Shown here: positions 18,273 through 26,011 of the stretch, piece after piece | How the letters are laid out: the number at the start of each line of letters is the position of its first letter | How positions within the stretch are numbered: the first letter of the stretch is position 1 | NCBI GenBank assembly: GCA_040905425.1 | Contig: JBBDRO010000078.1 | Location: forward strand, 65,075-96,948 | Direction: 5' to 3' | Source: Gemmatimonadota bacterium | GTDB lineage: Bacteria > Gemmatimonadota > Gemmatimonadetes > Longimicrobiales > RSA9 | Length of the DNA: 31,874 bases | The notes under the pieces: generated by a model | Databases searched by the model: none | Told to the model about the DNA's origin: nothing | Seen by the model: only the letters and a program-made list of their open reading frames with translations | Program-made: the position numbers and the translations under genes

Positions 18273-18806
18273 ATGGAAGATCTGGCGTCGGGCCGCATGC
18301 GGTTCCTGCTGGCCATTGCTGTGGCCTTCATCATCATCGGCGGCGGCATCGATCTGGTGCTGGATCAGCCGGAGCACTGGCTCAGCTTCCACGTGGTCTT
18401 CGAGGCCATGATGATCACCGGTGCACTGCTCATTGCCACCACGCTGTGGCTGGGCTGGTGGCGGAGCGTGCACTCGGTACGGCAGCTGCGCCTCTCGCTG
18501 GAACGGCAGGCGGCCGAACGGGATGCCTGGCGGGCGAGCGCGCAGCATGCGCTGCAGGGGTTCGGGCAGGCCATCGACCGCCAGTTCGACGTCTGGGAGC
18601 TCACGCCCGCCGAGCGTGAGGTGGCCCTTCAGCTGCTCAAGGGATACAGCCACAAGGCCATTGCCCGGCGGACGGACCGGGGGGACCAGACCGTCCGCCA
18701 GCACGCCACGTCAGTCTATCGGAAGGCCTCGGTGCGCGGGCGGGCCGAGTTGGCTGCGTTCTTTCTGGATGACCTCATGCTGCCGGTCGCGCACCGCCAA
18801 CGCTAG
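18273..18806 (+). CDS. Membrane-anchored LuxR-type HTH regulator (one-component)
   Basis: Two N-terminal TM helices and a coiled coil, then LTPAEREVALQLLKGYSHKAIA...TVRQHATSVYRK. GGAGG RBS. Confidence 0.9.
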   Translation: MEDLASGRMRFLLAIAVAFIIIGGGIDLVLDQPEHWLSFHVVFEAMMITGALLIATTLWLGWWRSVHSVRQLRLSLERQAAERDAWRASAQHALQGFGQAIDRQFDVWELTPAEREVALQLLKGYSHKAIARRTDRGDQTVRQHATSVYRKASVRGRAELAAFFLDDLMLPVAHRQR

Positions 18807-18818
18807 CGCGCGTCGAGC

Positions 18819-21437
18819 TCACACGTCGGTGGGTGAGGCCCGGCCGGCAACGTGCGGACCACCTTCCGCCCGGCCGGCGTCCCGCCGCGGCACGAGGTGC
18901 AGCGGGGGCACATCCACGAGCAGATCGTTGCCGGCCGCGGGAACCGTGAATTCCAGACTCGCGGGACTGCCCTCGGCACCGAGCGCATCGAGCGAGGAGC
19001 GCGCCACGGCAATCCGATAGCGACCGGGCAGGATACGGCTGACGTAGAACTGGCCGTCGGAGAAGGTGACGGTGGACATGGGGGGGTGCGCACCGTCCAC
19101 GCTGGTGATCTCGAGCGTGAGCCCCGCAACGGTCGGGACGCCCTCCCCCGCGGTCACGCTGCCCGCCAGTTCGCGCGTGCGGACGAGCGGAACGTCCACG
19201 CGCTGTGCCGTGTTCGGCACTGGCCGCACGTACAGCGCGGGCGCGGTGGTGGTCAGGCTGGGATCGGCCGAGCGGGTGGAATCCACGGCCACAGCCGCCA
19301 CGCGATAGGGCTGCAGAGCCCAGGAACGATAGCGGCCATGCTCGTCGGCCACGACGCGCCTGCCGTCCACCAGGAGGTCCGCCGCGGGCACCGGCGTGTC
19401 CCCTGCCGAGAACGCTCCGTCCCCGTCCACGTCCACGAAGACCACCCCGTGCACACCGGCGTACCCCGTGCGGGCGGTCGGCTGGAAGGTGAAACTGGTG
19501 TCCGGGGCCAGTGATACGCTGCCGTTGAAGACGGCCGCGCTGGAGCCTCCGCCGCGAGGGCTGGACACGGCCCGCAGCGTAGTGCCGAAGGAGCCCCGGC
19601 GCGCACTGAAGGTCAGCGAGAGTGCGGGCCGCTGCTGCCCCCGGCTCCACTGCATGGCGGCATTGATCACGGCGTTCGGGGCCGTCTGCATGGACAGGCC
19701 CAGCTCGGCCAGCCGGATGCCGTGCCTGCCGAGGCCGAGCGCATGGCTCAGCATGGGTCGGTACGTGCGCCCGAGTACGTCCACCGGCACCATGAGGGAA
19801 AGGCGGCTGGTGAGCAGGCTCGGGCTGAGGGCGCTCGGCTCGCGGTCGAAGCGCGCTTCCAGGTAGCCGCGGCGAAAGCTGACGGCGGCGTTCAGCCGCC
19901 AGCGCTCGAGGCCGCTCGCCGCGCCGGCTGCCGCGGCGCCGACCCGGAGCTGGGTGAAAGGCTGCCCCTCCGCCTCGAGCCGCTCGTGCCACGTGAGTTC
20001 CGTATCCCAGCGGCGTGTGGAGTCCGGCAGGATCGAGACGGGTCCGAAGCCCGGACGGGACACGCTGCCGCGCAGTTGCGCCCGCGATCCTGCCCGCGGA
20101 AACACGGCCACGGCGCCGCTGTAGAGCGCACCTGGCATGAGCGTCAGCTCGCCGACCGCCCGCTGGCCCGTGGAGATGCTGCCCAGCACGTAGGGGCGCA
20201 GGTGATCGGCCACGGCATCGGCCACATGCTCGGCGCCGCCCCCGATGGTGAGGAAGGCCGTGGCGCCGTAGCGCACGTCCGCATGCGCATAGCGATCGCA
20301 CAGCGCGCCCACGCAGCGGCCGGCGCCCGTGGCGTACTCCAGGCTCCCCGCCGGCAGCATCGACGTGGGCGTCTGGTAGAGCAGCGTGGTGACGACCTCC
20401 TGGCCGGCCGGCCCGTACATGCGGACCTGCACGGGCGTGGCACCCGTGCGCAGTGGCACTGCCACGGCGTCCTGCGCACCGGCGGCCGAGTAGCCGAGCA
20501 GCACGTTGCCCTGGAAGACCTCGTACTCCCAGCCCGCGGGCAGATCGGGCTGCAGCAGCATCTCACCCAGCTCGGGGCCGCGCAGGAAGGGGCGGTTGCT
20601 GATTTCGAAGCCGTTCACGAAGCGCGAGAAGATTCCCGAGGTCACGATCTGGCCGGCGCTCGCCTGCTCGATGTAGCGCGCCGTGGGGAAGACGCGGTGG
20701 TAGCGGAGCGCAACGTCACCGAAGGCCTCCCGCGCGTCACGCCCCGCCGCCAGCGTGAAGCCGGTACTCAGATCCCCGCCCAGCAGCGCGGCGCCGGCCC
20801 GCGCCCGCAGCGTGGTCAGGCGCGCGGGGTCGAGGCCGCTCGTTGCCAGGTCCCAGTCCAGCACGCCGACACCGCTGGCGGACCGATACGGTACCGAATC
20901 GAGCTGTTCACGCCGTTCGCTCATGCGCTGGCGCGCCAGAAGGACGGCGCGGCGCTGCTCCGCCAGGATGGCCTGCTGCCGGGGAAAGGGTACGTCGCGT
21001 GTGAGGGCCAGGGTGAGGCGGGAGAGGTCGAGGGTGGCCTGCGCTTCAAGCAGTAGCTCCAGCCGTTCGACGCGCAGATAGACCTCATCTTCCCGTGCCG
21101 CGACCTCGGCGGGCGCGAGCTGGACCGTGTCACCATCGAGCGTCATGAGCGGCACCGCCGCGTCCAGCACGGCACTGCCGCCACTGATGCTCGGCAGCCG
21201 GATCGAGCTCCCCTCGCGCACCACCTCCAGCCCCAGATGGCGGGCGAGCTGCACCACCGGTACGAGCACGGCTCCAGAGGAATCCACCAGGATGAGTACG
21301 GTGATGGGCGGCAGGCGCTCAGCCGCGAACTCGAGGATGCCCTCCTCGAACGCCGGCTCCTGCGCGATCAGGGCGGACTGCAGGAACGGTAGGGCGCAGA
21401 GCGCGCAAAGCGCCGGCCGCAGCCGACCCCGGATCAC
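18819..21437 (-). CDS. Usher-like outer-membrane pilus assembly protein (872 aa)
   Basis: Signal peptide after GTG 21437. Usher-like middle region (GWEYEVFQGNVLLG...VRMYGPAGQE), long amphipathic beta-strand region and C-terminal Ig-like domains (GVVFVDVDGDG, FSDGQFYVSRILPGRY). Last gene of the pilin/chaperone run. Confidence 0.75.
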   Translation of the reverse strand: MIRGRLRPALCALCALPFLQSALIAQEPAFEEGILEFAAERLPPITVLILVDSSGAVLVPVVQLARHLGLEVVREGSSIRLPSISGGSAVLDAAVPLMTLDGDTVQLAPAEVAAREDEVYLRVERLELLLEAQATLDLSRLTLALTRDVPFPRQQAILAEQRRAVLLARQRMSERREQLDSVPYRSASGVGVLDWDLATSGLDPARLTTLRARAGAALLGGDLSTGFTLAAGRDAREAFGDVALRYHRVFPTARYIEQASAGQIVTSGIFSRFVNGFEISNRPFLRGPELGEMLLQPDLPAGWEYEVFQGNVLLGYSAAGAQDAVAVPLRTGATPVQVRMYGPAGQEVVTTLLYQTPTSMLPAGSLEYATGAGRCVGALCDRYAHADVRYGATAFLTIGGGAEHVADAVADHLRPYVLGSISTGQRAVGELTLMPGALYSGAVAVFPRAGSRAQLRGSVSRPGFGPVSILPDSTRRWDTELTWHERLEAEGQPFTQLRVGAAAAGAASGLERWRLNAAVSFRRGYLEARFDREPSALSPSLLTSRLSLMVPVDVLGRTYRPMLSHALGLGRHGIRLAELGLSMQTAPNAVINAAMQWSRGQQRPALSLTFSARRGSFGTTLRAVSSPRGGGSSAAVFNGSVSLAPDTSFTFQPTARTGYAGVHGVVFVDVDGDGAFSAGDTPVPAADLLVDGRRVVADEHGRYRSWALQPYRVAAVAVDSTRSADPSLTTTAPALYVRPVPNTAQRVDVPLVRTRELAGSVTAGEGVPTVAGLTLEITSVDGAHPPMSTVTFSDGQFYVSRILPGRYRIAVARSSLDALGAEGSPASLEFTVPAAGNDLLVDVPPLHLVPRRDAGRAEGGPHVAGRASPTDV

Positions 21438-21438
21438 G

Positions 21439-22032
21439 TCAATAGACCTGCGTGACGGTGAGTGTGATCGTGGCCGTATACGTTCCGGCGAGCGCGGTGG
21501 GTGGGATCGTGAGTTCGCCACCCACGAAGACGCGCAGCGTGCTCGCGGCGGGCCAGCTGGTGCCGAGGTCGCACGCACCGTTGCCAAGTTCGTTCGCGCA
21601 CACGCGCTGATCGCCCCCCGCGGGATCAAACCCGTTGAGCCCGCAGCCGGATCGCCCGCGGGTGACGCACCAGCCGCCGAACTGGCTACCGCTGAAACTC
21701 ACCGGCAGGGGCGGTGCGGTGGCCGACGTAAGTTCCGTGGGCGTGCTGAGGGCGAACGTCACACCGTGGATGGCCGCCACGTCCAGCCGGTATTCACCGG
21801 ACTGCACGCTGGCACTGGCCTGATCCACGGCGGCCAGCACCGCAACGGTGCGGGCAGCGTTCGGATCCGGCATGAGCGTGCCGAAGGTCAGGTCGCGCGC
21901 GCCCACCGACGTGGGTGAAGCCAGCGGCACGGCAGCGCTGACGGCCACCTGCTGCGCGTGCAGCTCCGGCGCGCGCATGGCGAGCGCCACCGGCAGCAGG
22001 AGGCCGAGCAGGCAGAGCGTGGACGCGCGCAT
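21439..22032 (-). CDS. DUF4402/Csu-like minor pilus subunit with four Cys
   Basis: Signal peptide, DLTFGTL, VFVGGEL and C-terminal AGTYTATITLTVTQVY. Confidence 0.75.
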   Translation of the reverse strand: MRASTLCLLGLLLPVALAMRAPELHAQQVAVSAAVPLASPTSVGARDLTFGTLMPDPNAARTVAVLAAVDQASASVQSGEYRLDVAAIHGVTFALSTPTELTSATAPPLPVSFSGSQFGGWCVTRGRSGCGLNGFDPAGGDQRVCANELGNGACDLGTSWPAASTLRVFVGGELTIPPTALAGTYTATITLTVTQVY

Positions 22033-22038
22033 CGTCGC

Positions 22039-22857
22039 TTATCTCACGTCCAGCGCGCCGGAGACAGGCGGCGCGGTGATGATGTTGGACTGGCCGAGCT
22101 CGGGCCGCTCCGTCTCGAAGGTGTAGCGCACACGCGCTGCGCCGGGCACATCGGCGAAGACGAAGCGCCGGCGCAGCTCGTAGTAGACGGCCACCACGTC
22201 CACCTCCTCGGCGATCACGCTGCCCGCCGCGTCGAGTAGCTCAACGCGCACGCGGCCCAGGTAGGCGGCGGCGCCGGTGCGTGCCATGTCGAGGGTCAGC
22301 TGGACGCCCCCGTCCGTCCGCACGGCCGCCGCCGAGTCCACGCGGATGCCCGTGACGGGCTGGCCCTTCCGATAGCTCAGCGACGCCACCACGATGGTGC
22401 GCATGGAAATGGCCACCCGCACGTCCGGCTGCACCTGCTGCTCCACCGGCGGTCTGCCGCCGGTGGCGGTCACGAGCACGCGCGACCAGTACTCGCCATC
22501 GGCCAGGTCGGCCGGCGGCTGGGCCAGGATGCGGACCACCTGCTGCTGGCCCGGCTGCAACACGAGCCGGCGCGGAAAGGCCCGCAGCCATGACACCGCG
22601 GCCGGCGCGTCGGCGGGCGCCTCTGCGGTGAGCGGTACCGTCACCACGCCGGCCGAATCGGACTGCGGGTAGCCGAACGCAAAGGAGATGTCGATCTCCT
22701 CGGGCAGCGGGTTGGGATTGTAGAGCGTGATGGTGCCCGCGCGCGTGCTGTGATCCAGGAATACGGCCATGGGGCTCACGGACACCGCGCGCACCACTGC
22801 TGTGGTCGCGGCGCCTAGCGCCAGAGCCAACACCGCCGTCGTCACATACCTGCGCAT
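22039..22857 (-). CDS. PapD-like periplasmic pilus chaperone
   Basis: VSVSPMAVFL, TITLYN and FPRRLVLQPGQQQVVRI...LADGEYWSRV. GAGGTG RBS before ATG 22857. Confidence 0.85.
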   Translation of the reverse strand: MRRYVTTAVLALALGAATTAVVRAVSVSPMAVFLDHSTRAGTITLYNPNPLPEEIDISFAFGYPQSDSAGVVTVPLTAEAPADAPAAVSWLRAFPRRLVLQPGQQQVVRILAQPPADLADGEYWSRVLVTATGGRPPVEQQVQPDVRVAISMRTIVVASLSYRKGQPVTGIRVDSAAAVRTDGGVQLTLDMARTGAAAYLGRVRVELLDAAGSVIAEEVDVVAVYYELRRRFVFADVPGAARVRYTFETERPELGQSNIITAPPVSGALDVR

Positions 22858-22869
22858 GTTCACCTCTGT

Positions 22870-23349
22870 TCAGTTTCCCGTCTGGACAACCATCATCACA
22901 ATGGTGGCCGTGTACGTGCCCACCGGCTGCCCCGGCGGCGGCTGGGCCTGACCACCCAGGTAGATACTGGCAACGGTATGGGCCGGGTTGAACCGTACCT
23001 CCGTGCCGACCGCCGGATCGAACGCCGTGAGGCTGTTCTTGAAGTCGAGCAGTCCGTCAGCGGCGCCGAACAGGAGCGGGATCGCGTCGCCGCCCGGACC
23101 GATCAGCTCATCCGGCAGTTGAAACGTGATGCTGAAGCTTCCACGACCTTCGATCGTGAGCTGGGCCCGGCGTGTCGGGTCGGTGGCCGGCACCGCGGCC
23201 GCCACGCCCGGCGTCAGCAGCCCGAACTGCAGGTTCTGATCGGAGGTGACCAGCAGTTGCTGTGCGCCCAGGCCGGCCGGAGCCGCAAGCAGTGAAGCCG
23301 CGAGCGCCCCAAGCGCCAACCACGCCCCCCGCTCGACTCCTGGCCTCAT
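22870..23349 (-). CDS. DUF4402/Csu-like minor pilus subunit (alternative start 23367)
   Basis: Signal peptide, NLQFGLL, IYLGGQA and C-terminal VGTYTATIVMMVV. Confidence 0.8.
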   Translation of the reverse strand: MRPGVERGAWLALGALAASLLAAPAGLGAQQLLVTSDQNLQFGLLTPGVAAAVPATDPTRRAQLTIEGRGSFSITFQLPDELIGPGGDAIPLLFGAADGLLDFKNSLTAFDPAVGTEVRFNPAHTVASIYLGGQAQPPPGQPVGTYTATIVMMVVQTGN

Positions 23350-23387
23350 CGCAACCTTCCTGTGCATGCTATCAATCTATAGACAAT

Positions 23388-23425
23388 CCGCCGGCGACAC
23401 ACCGTCATCGGTGTGCCGCCGGCGG
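23388..23425 (-). terminator. Hairpin after pilin copy 1, weak U-tract
   Basis: 17-bp stem with a 4-nt loop, followed on the minus strand by AUUGUCU. Confidence 0.65.
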
Positions 23426-23437
23426 GGGAGAGCGCCG

Positions 23438-23938
23438 CTAGCTGCGGGCGTCGACCCGGATGTCCAGGGTGGCGCTGTAGGAATCCGCCACGGCGGCGGA
23501 GGCGGCCGCGGCCGTGATCGTGCCGCCGAAGCCCAGCGTGCCGGCCGTCAGGCCCGTGCCCACGTCCAGGTCAAAGGTCTGGGTGCCGCATACCACCGGG
23601 GTGGTCCACGTGCCGCTCATCTCCCAGGCGCACGTCAGCTCGACCGGCAGCGTGTTGGTCGGATCGGTGCCCACCAGCTGGGTGGGAACGTTGCTGAAGG
23701 TCACGGTGATGTCCCGGTTGAAGGACAGGGCCCGCGTGGTGGTGCCGTCCGTGGCCGAGATCACGTTGTCCGTGGCGCGGCTCAGCGTACCGAAGGGCAG
23801 ATCGCCCGTGCCGCTGATGTCCATGTACCCCGCCACGGTGGCAGTGGCCGTCACCTGGCTGTTCTGGTTCTGCGCGTCCACCGCCATCGGGAATGCCAGC
23901 ATCGTCACCAGCGCCGTGAGCATTGCCTTCTTCATCAT
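23438..23938 (-). CDS. Probable major pilus subunit, copy 1 (166 aa, DUF4402/Csu-like)
   Basis: GAGGAGG RBS, signal peptide ending VDA|Q, N-terminal strand SQVTATATVAG, DLPFGTL, two Cys, GFGGTIT and C-terminal ADSYSATLDIRV. Confidence 0.8.
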   Translation of the reverse strand: MMKKAMLTALVTMLAFPMAVDAQNQNSQVTATATVAGYMDISGTGDLPFGTLSRATDNVISATDGTTTRALSFNRDITVTFSNVPTQLVGTDPTNTLPVELTCAWEMSGTWTTPVVCGTQTFDLDVGTGLTAGTLGFGGTITAAAASAAVADSYSATLDIRVDARS

Positions 23939-23991
23939 GACCGCCTCCTCGAAAATGTCCGCTCGGTTTCTGTCCCGTCTTTCTGAATCGA

Positions 23992-24046
23992 AAGGTAGGG
24001 GATGCACCATGACGGCAGCGTGAACGAAGTGTTACAGCGCCGTAAG
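23992..24046 (-). promoter_or_regulatory. OmpR/PhoB-type phased promoter of pilin copy 1
   Basis: Minus strand reads CTTAC-N6-GTAAC-N6-TTCAC-N6-GTCAT-N11-TACCTT, an 11-bp periodic array before a -10-like hexamer. Confidence 0.55.
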
Positions 24047-24113
24047 GTGCTAGAAGTGGTTGCGGTGGAGGGCTTTACGGATGGGGGCGAATGCGCCCGG
24101 GAGGGGTTGATCC

Positions 24114-24160
24114 AAAGAAAATCCGCCGCCGGCACACCGTCATCAGTGTGCCGCCGGCGG
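24114..24160 (-). terminator. Intrinsic terminator after pilin copy 2
   Basis: Same hairpin as copy 1 with substitutions, followed on the minus strand by AUUUUCUUU. Confidence 0.7.
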
Positions 24161-24172
24161 GGGGAGGCGCCG

Positions 24173-24673
24173 CTAGCTGCGGGCGTCGACCCGGATGTCC
24201 AGGGTGGCGCTGTAGGAATCCGCCACGGCGGCGGAGGCGGCCGCGGCCGTGATCGTGCCGCCGAAGCCCAGCGTGCCGGCCGTCAGGCCCGTGCCCACGT
24301 CCAGGTCAAAGGTCTGGGTGCCGCATACCACCGGGGTGGTCCACGTGCCGCTCATCTCCCAGGCGCACGTCAGCTCGACCGGCAGCGTGTTGGTCGGATC
24401 GGTGCCCACCAGCTGGGTGGGAACGTTGCTGAAGGTCACGGTGATGTCCCGGTTGAAGGACAGGGCCCGCGTGGTGGTGCCGTCCGTGGCCGAGATCACG
24501 TTGTCCGTGGCGCGGCTCAGCGTACCGAAGGGCAGATCGCCCGTGCCGCTGATGTCCATGTACCCCGCCACGGTGGCAGTGGCCGTCACCTGGCTGTTCT
24601 GGTTCTGCGCGTCCACCGCCATCGGGAATGCCAGCATCGTCACCAGCGCCGTGAGCATTGCCTTCTTCATCAT
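24173..24673 (-). CDS. Probable major pilus subunit, copy 2 (identical to copy 1)
   Basis: Identical translation. Overlapping shadow ORFs in other frames are also identical, supporting nucleotide identity. Confidence 0.8.
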   Translation of the reverse strand: MMKKAMLTALVTMLAFPMAVDAQNQNSQVTATATVAGYMDISGTGDLPFGTLSRATDNVISATDGTTTRALSFNRDITVTFSNVPTQLVGTDPTNTLPVELTCAWEMSGTWTTPVVCGTQTFDLDVGTGLTAGTLGFGGTITAAAASAAVADSYSATLDIRVDARS

Positions 24674-24726
24674 GACCGCCTCCTCGAAAATGTCCGCTCG
24701 GTTTCTGTCCCGTCTTTCTGAATCGA

Positions 24727-24781
24727 AAGGTAGGGGATGCACCATGACGGCAGCGTGAACGAAGTGTTACAGCGCCGTAAG
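24727..24781 (-). promoter_or_regulatory. OmpR/PhoB-type phased promoter of pilin copy 2
   Basis: Identical to 23992-24046. Confidence 0.55.
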
Positions 24782-24876
24782 GTGCTAGAAGTGGTTGCGG
24801 TGGAGGGCTTTACGGATGGGGGTCGACCGCGGCCCGGGTGCCATACCTGCTGGCACGGGGTGCGCGCGGCCGGCGT

Positions 24877-26004
24877 TCAGCTCAGCAGGGCCAGGAAAAC
24901 GCCCGCGGTGACGGCCGATCCTACCACGCCCGCCACGTTGGGTCCCATGGCGGGCATGAGGGGATTCACACGGCCGTGGGTCTCCTCGGAAACGAACTGC
25001 TGGACCACCCGGGCGGACATGGGTACGGCGGAGACCCCGGCCGCGCCGATGCAGGGGTTGATGCGGCGGCCGTCCGCCAGGAAGAGGTTCAGCAGCTTGG
25101 CAAAGAGGATCCCGCCGGCCGTGGAGAAGGCAAAGGCCACGGCGCCCAGGACCAGGATCATGATGGTCTGCCGGGTGAGGAAGTTCTCAGCGCCCATGGT
25201 GCCGCCCACCACCAGGCCGAGGAGGATGGTCACGATATCGATCATGGGCCCGCCCGCGGTCTTTTTGAGCCGCTCCGTGACCCCCGACTCCCGGAGCAGG
25301 TTACCGAACATGAGCAGCCCCAGCAGCGGCGCGCTGGAGGGCACGGCCAGCGAAGCCACGATGCCCGTGATGATCGGGAAGAGGATCACCGTGGCCTTGG
25401 ACACCGGGCGGGCCTGCGGCATGTCGATGGCGCGCTCCCGCCGGGTGGTGAGGAGGCGCATGATCGGCGGCTGAATGATGGGCACCAGGGACATGTAGCT
25501 GTAGGCCGCCACCGCCACTGGACCCAGCAGGTGGGGCGCCAGCTGGATGGTGATGAAGATGGAAGTGGGTCCATCCGCGCCGCCGATGATGCCGATAGAG
25601 GCGGCTTCCTGGGCGGTGAAACCGAGCAGGTAGAAGGCGCCCAGGGCCGCCACGAAGATCCCGATCTGCGCCGCCGCGCCGAGCAGGAAGGTGAGGGGCC
25701 GCGCCAACAGGGGCCGGAAATCCGTAAGCACCCCCACCCCCAGGAAGATGAGCGGGGGAAGCAGTTCGGTGCGGATGCCCGCGTCGTAAATGACCCCCAT
25801 GATGCCGTCGGCATAGGATCCCATGTTGGCCAGCGGGAGATTGGCCAGGATCGCGCCGAAGCCGATGGGAATGAGCAGCAGCGGCTCGTAGCCGCGGGTT
25901 ATGGCCAGGTAGATGAGCACACCCGCGACGGCGAACATGGCCACGTTGCCAGGGCCCAGGCTGGCGAGCCCGGATTGCCGGAACAGCTCGATGAGGATGT
26001 CCAC
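24877..26004 (-). CDS. oadB: Na+-translocating decarboxylase beta subunit
   Basis: YEPLLLIPIGFG, LLGAAAQIGIF, IGIIGGADGPTSIF, AAYSYMSLVPIIQPP, GAAGVSAVPMSARV and AMGPNVAGVVGS. GTG start 7 nt after the oadA stop. Confidence 0.95.
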   Translation of the reverse strand: MDILIELFRQSGLASLGPGNVAMFAVAGVLIYLAITRGYEPLLLIPIGFGAILANLPLANMGSYADGIMGVIYDAGIRTELLPPLIFLGVGVLTDFRPLLARPLTFLLGAAAQIGIFVAALGAFYLLGFTAQEAASIGIIGGADGPTSIFITIQLAPHLLGPVAVAAYSYMSLVPIIQPPIMRLLTTRRERAIDMPQARPVSKATVILFPIITGIVASLAVPSSAPLLGLLMFGNLLRESGVTERLKKTAGGPMIDIVTILLGLVVGGTMGAENFLTRQTIMILVLGAVAFAFSTAGGILFAKLLNLFLADGRRINPCIGAAGVSAVPMSARVVQQFVSEETHGRVNPLMPAMGPNVAGVVGSAVTAGVFLALLS

Positions 26005-26011
26005 GCTACGC

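Larger units (their letters stand above)
23385..24087. repeat. Tandem duplication unit 1 (terminator + pilin CDS + promoter, 703 bp)
   Basis: Matches 24120-24822 at offset 735. Six mismatches seen, all in the first ~50 bp (terminator region). Confidence 0.95.
24120..24822. repeat. Tandem duplication unit 2 (703 bp)
   Basis: See unit 1. A unique 32-bp spacer lies at 24088-24119. Confidence 0.95.

Noticed and set aside
23939..24010. 190-aa version of the pilin, and similar upstream extensions of oadA, oadB, the usher, DUF2231 and the cupredoxin fusion
   Set aside because: Downstream starts have a clear RBS, a stop-start overlap or a signal peptide. The extensions run over promoters or neighbouring genes.
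23438..24673. Conductive e-pilus or cytochrome nanowire
   Set aside because: Sec-type beta-rich subunit rather than a type IV pilin, no CxxCH, and only 9 aromatic residues in about 144 mature residues.
23385..24822. Duplication as IS, prophage att sites or an invertible/shufflon cassette
   Set aside because: No transposase or recombinase, no terminal inverted repeats, and the copies are direct and identical, so they provide no antigenic variation.
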